Assembly (NCBI GenBank): GCA_964035545.1
Contig: OZ037766.1
Span: 30,042,074-30,106,073 of the forward strand
Direction: 5' to 3'
Source: Bugula neritina
Taxonomy: Eukaryota; Animalia; Bryozoa
Length of the DNA: 64,000 nucleotides
This document shows, one piece after another, positions 63,970 through 64,000 of the stretch (position 1 is its first letter; every line of letters starts with the position of its first letter). The position numbers and the translations under genes were made by a program. The notes beneath the pieces are model-generated. The model was not told the DNA's origin, did not search any database, and saw only the letters and a program-made list of their open reading frames with translations.

Positions 63970-64000
<31 letters not shown>
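63660..64000. repeat. (CTCTCC)n/(CT)n polypyrimidine tract
   Basis: Pure C/T tract running to the window edge. Confidence 0.96.

Overview
AT-rich, intron-containing animal (invertebrate-type) genomic DNA. I reconstructed spliced gene models by hand from GT/AG boundaries and intron-phase continuity. The core is a cluster of six paralogs: A, B and C on the minus strand (7790-30786) and D, E and F on the plus strand (35649-49411), arranged head-to-head. Each encodes a type II membrane anchor, a convertase (furin-type) site on its own micro-exon, a collagenous or low-complexity stalk, and a C-terminal 8-Cys domain of the spongin short-chain collagen / collagen IV NC1-related family. A-C also carry a CUB domain. 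D-F carry Cys motifs (CxCxC, CxxxC) instead. Copy B has no collagen and shows three splice or frame anomalies. On the left is a secreted double-WAP protein with a cationic 4-Cys tail. On the right is an orphan secreted protein with FGF/IL-1-like beta-trefoil motifs and upstream NF-kB/AP-1-type sites. Mobile DNA: two tRNA-derived SINEs each carrying a nested TG...CA tRNA-containing element with 5-bp target duplications; a rearranged Penelope-like element with a minimal hammerhead ribozyme; an internally deleted pogo/Tigger-type transposon; and several microsatellites. All domain assignments are by motif recognition; no database searches were run.
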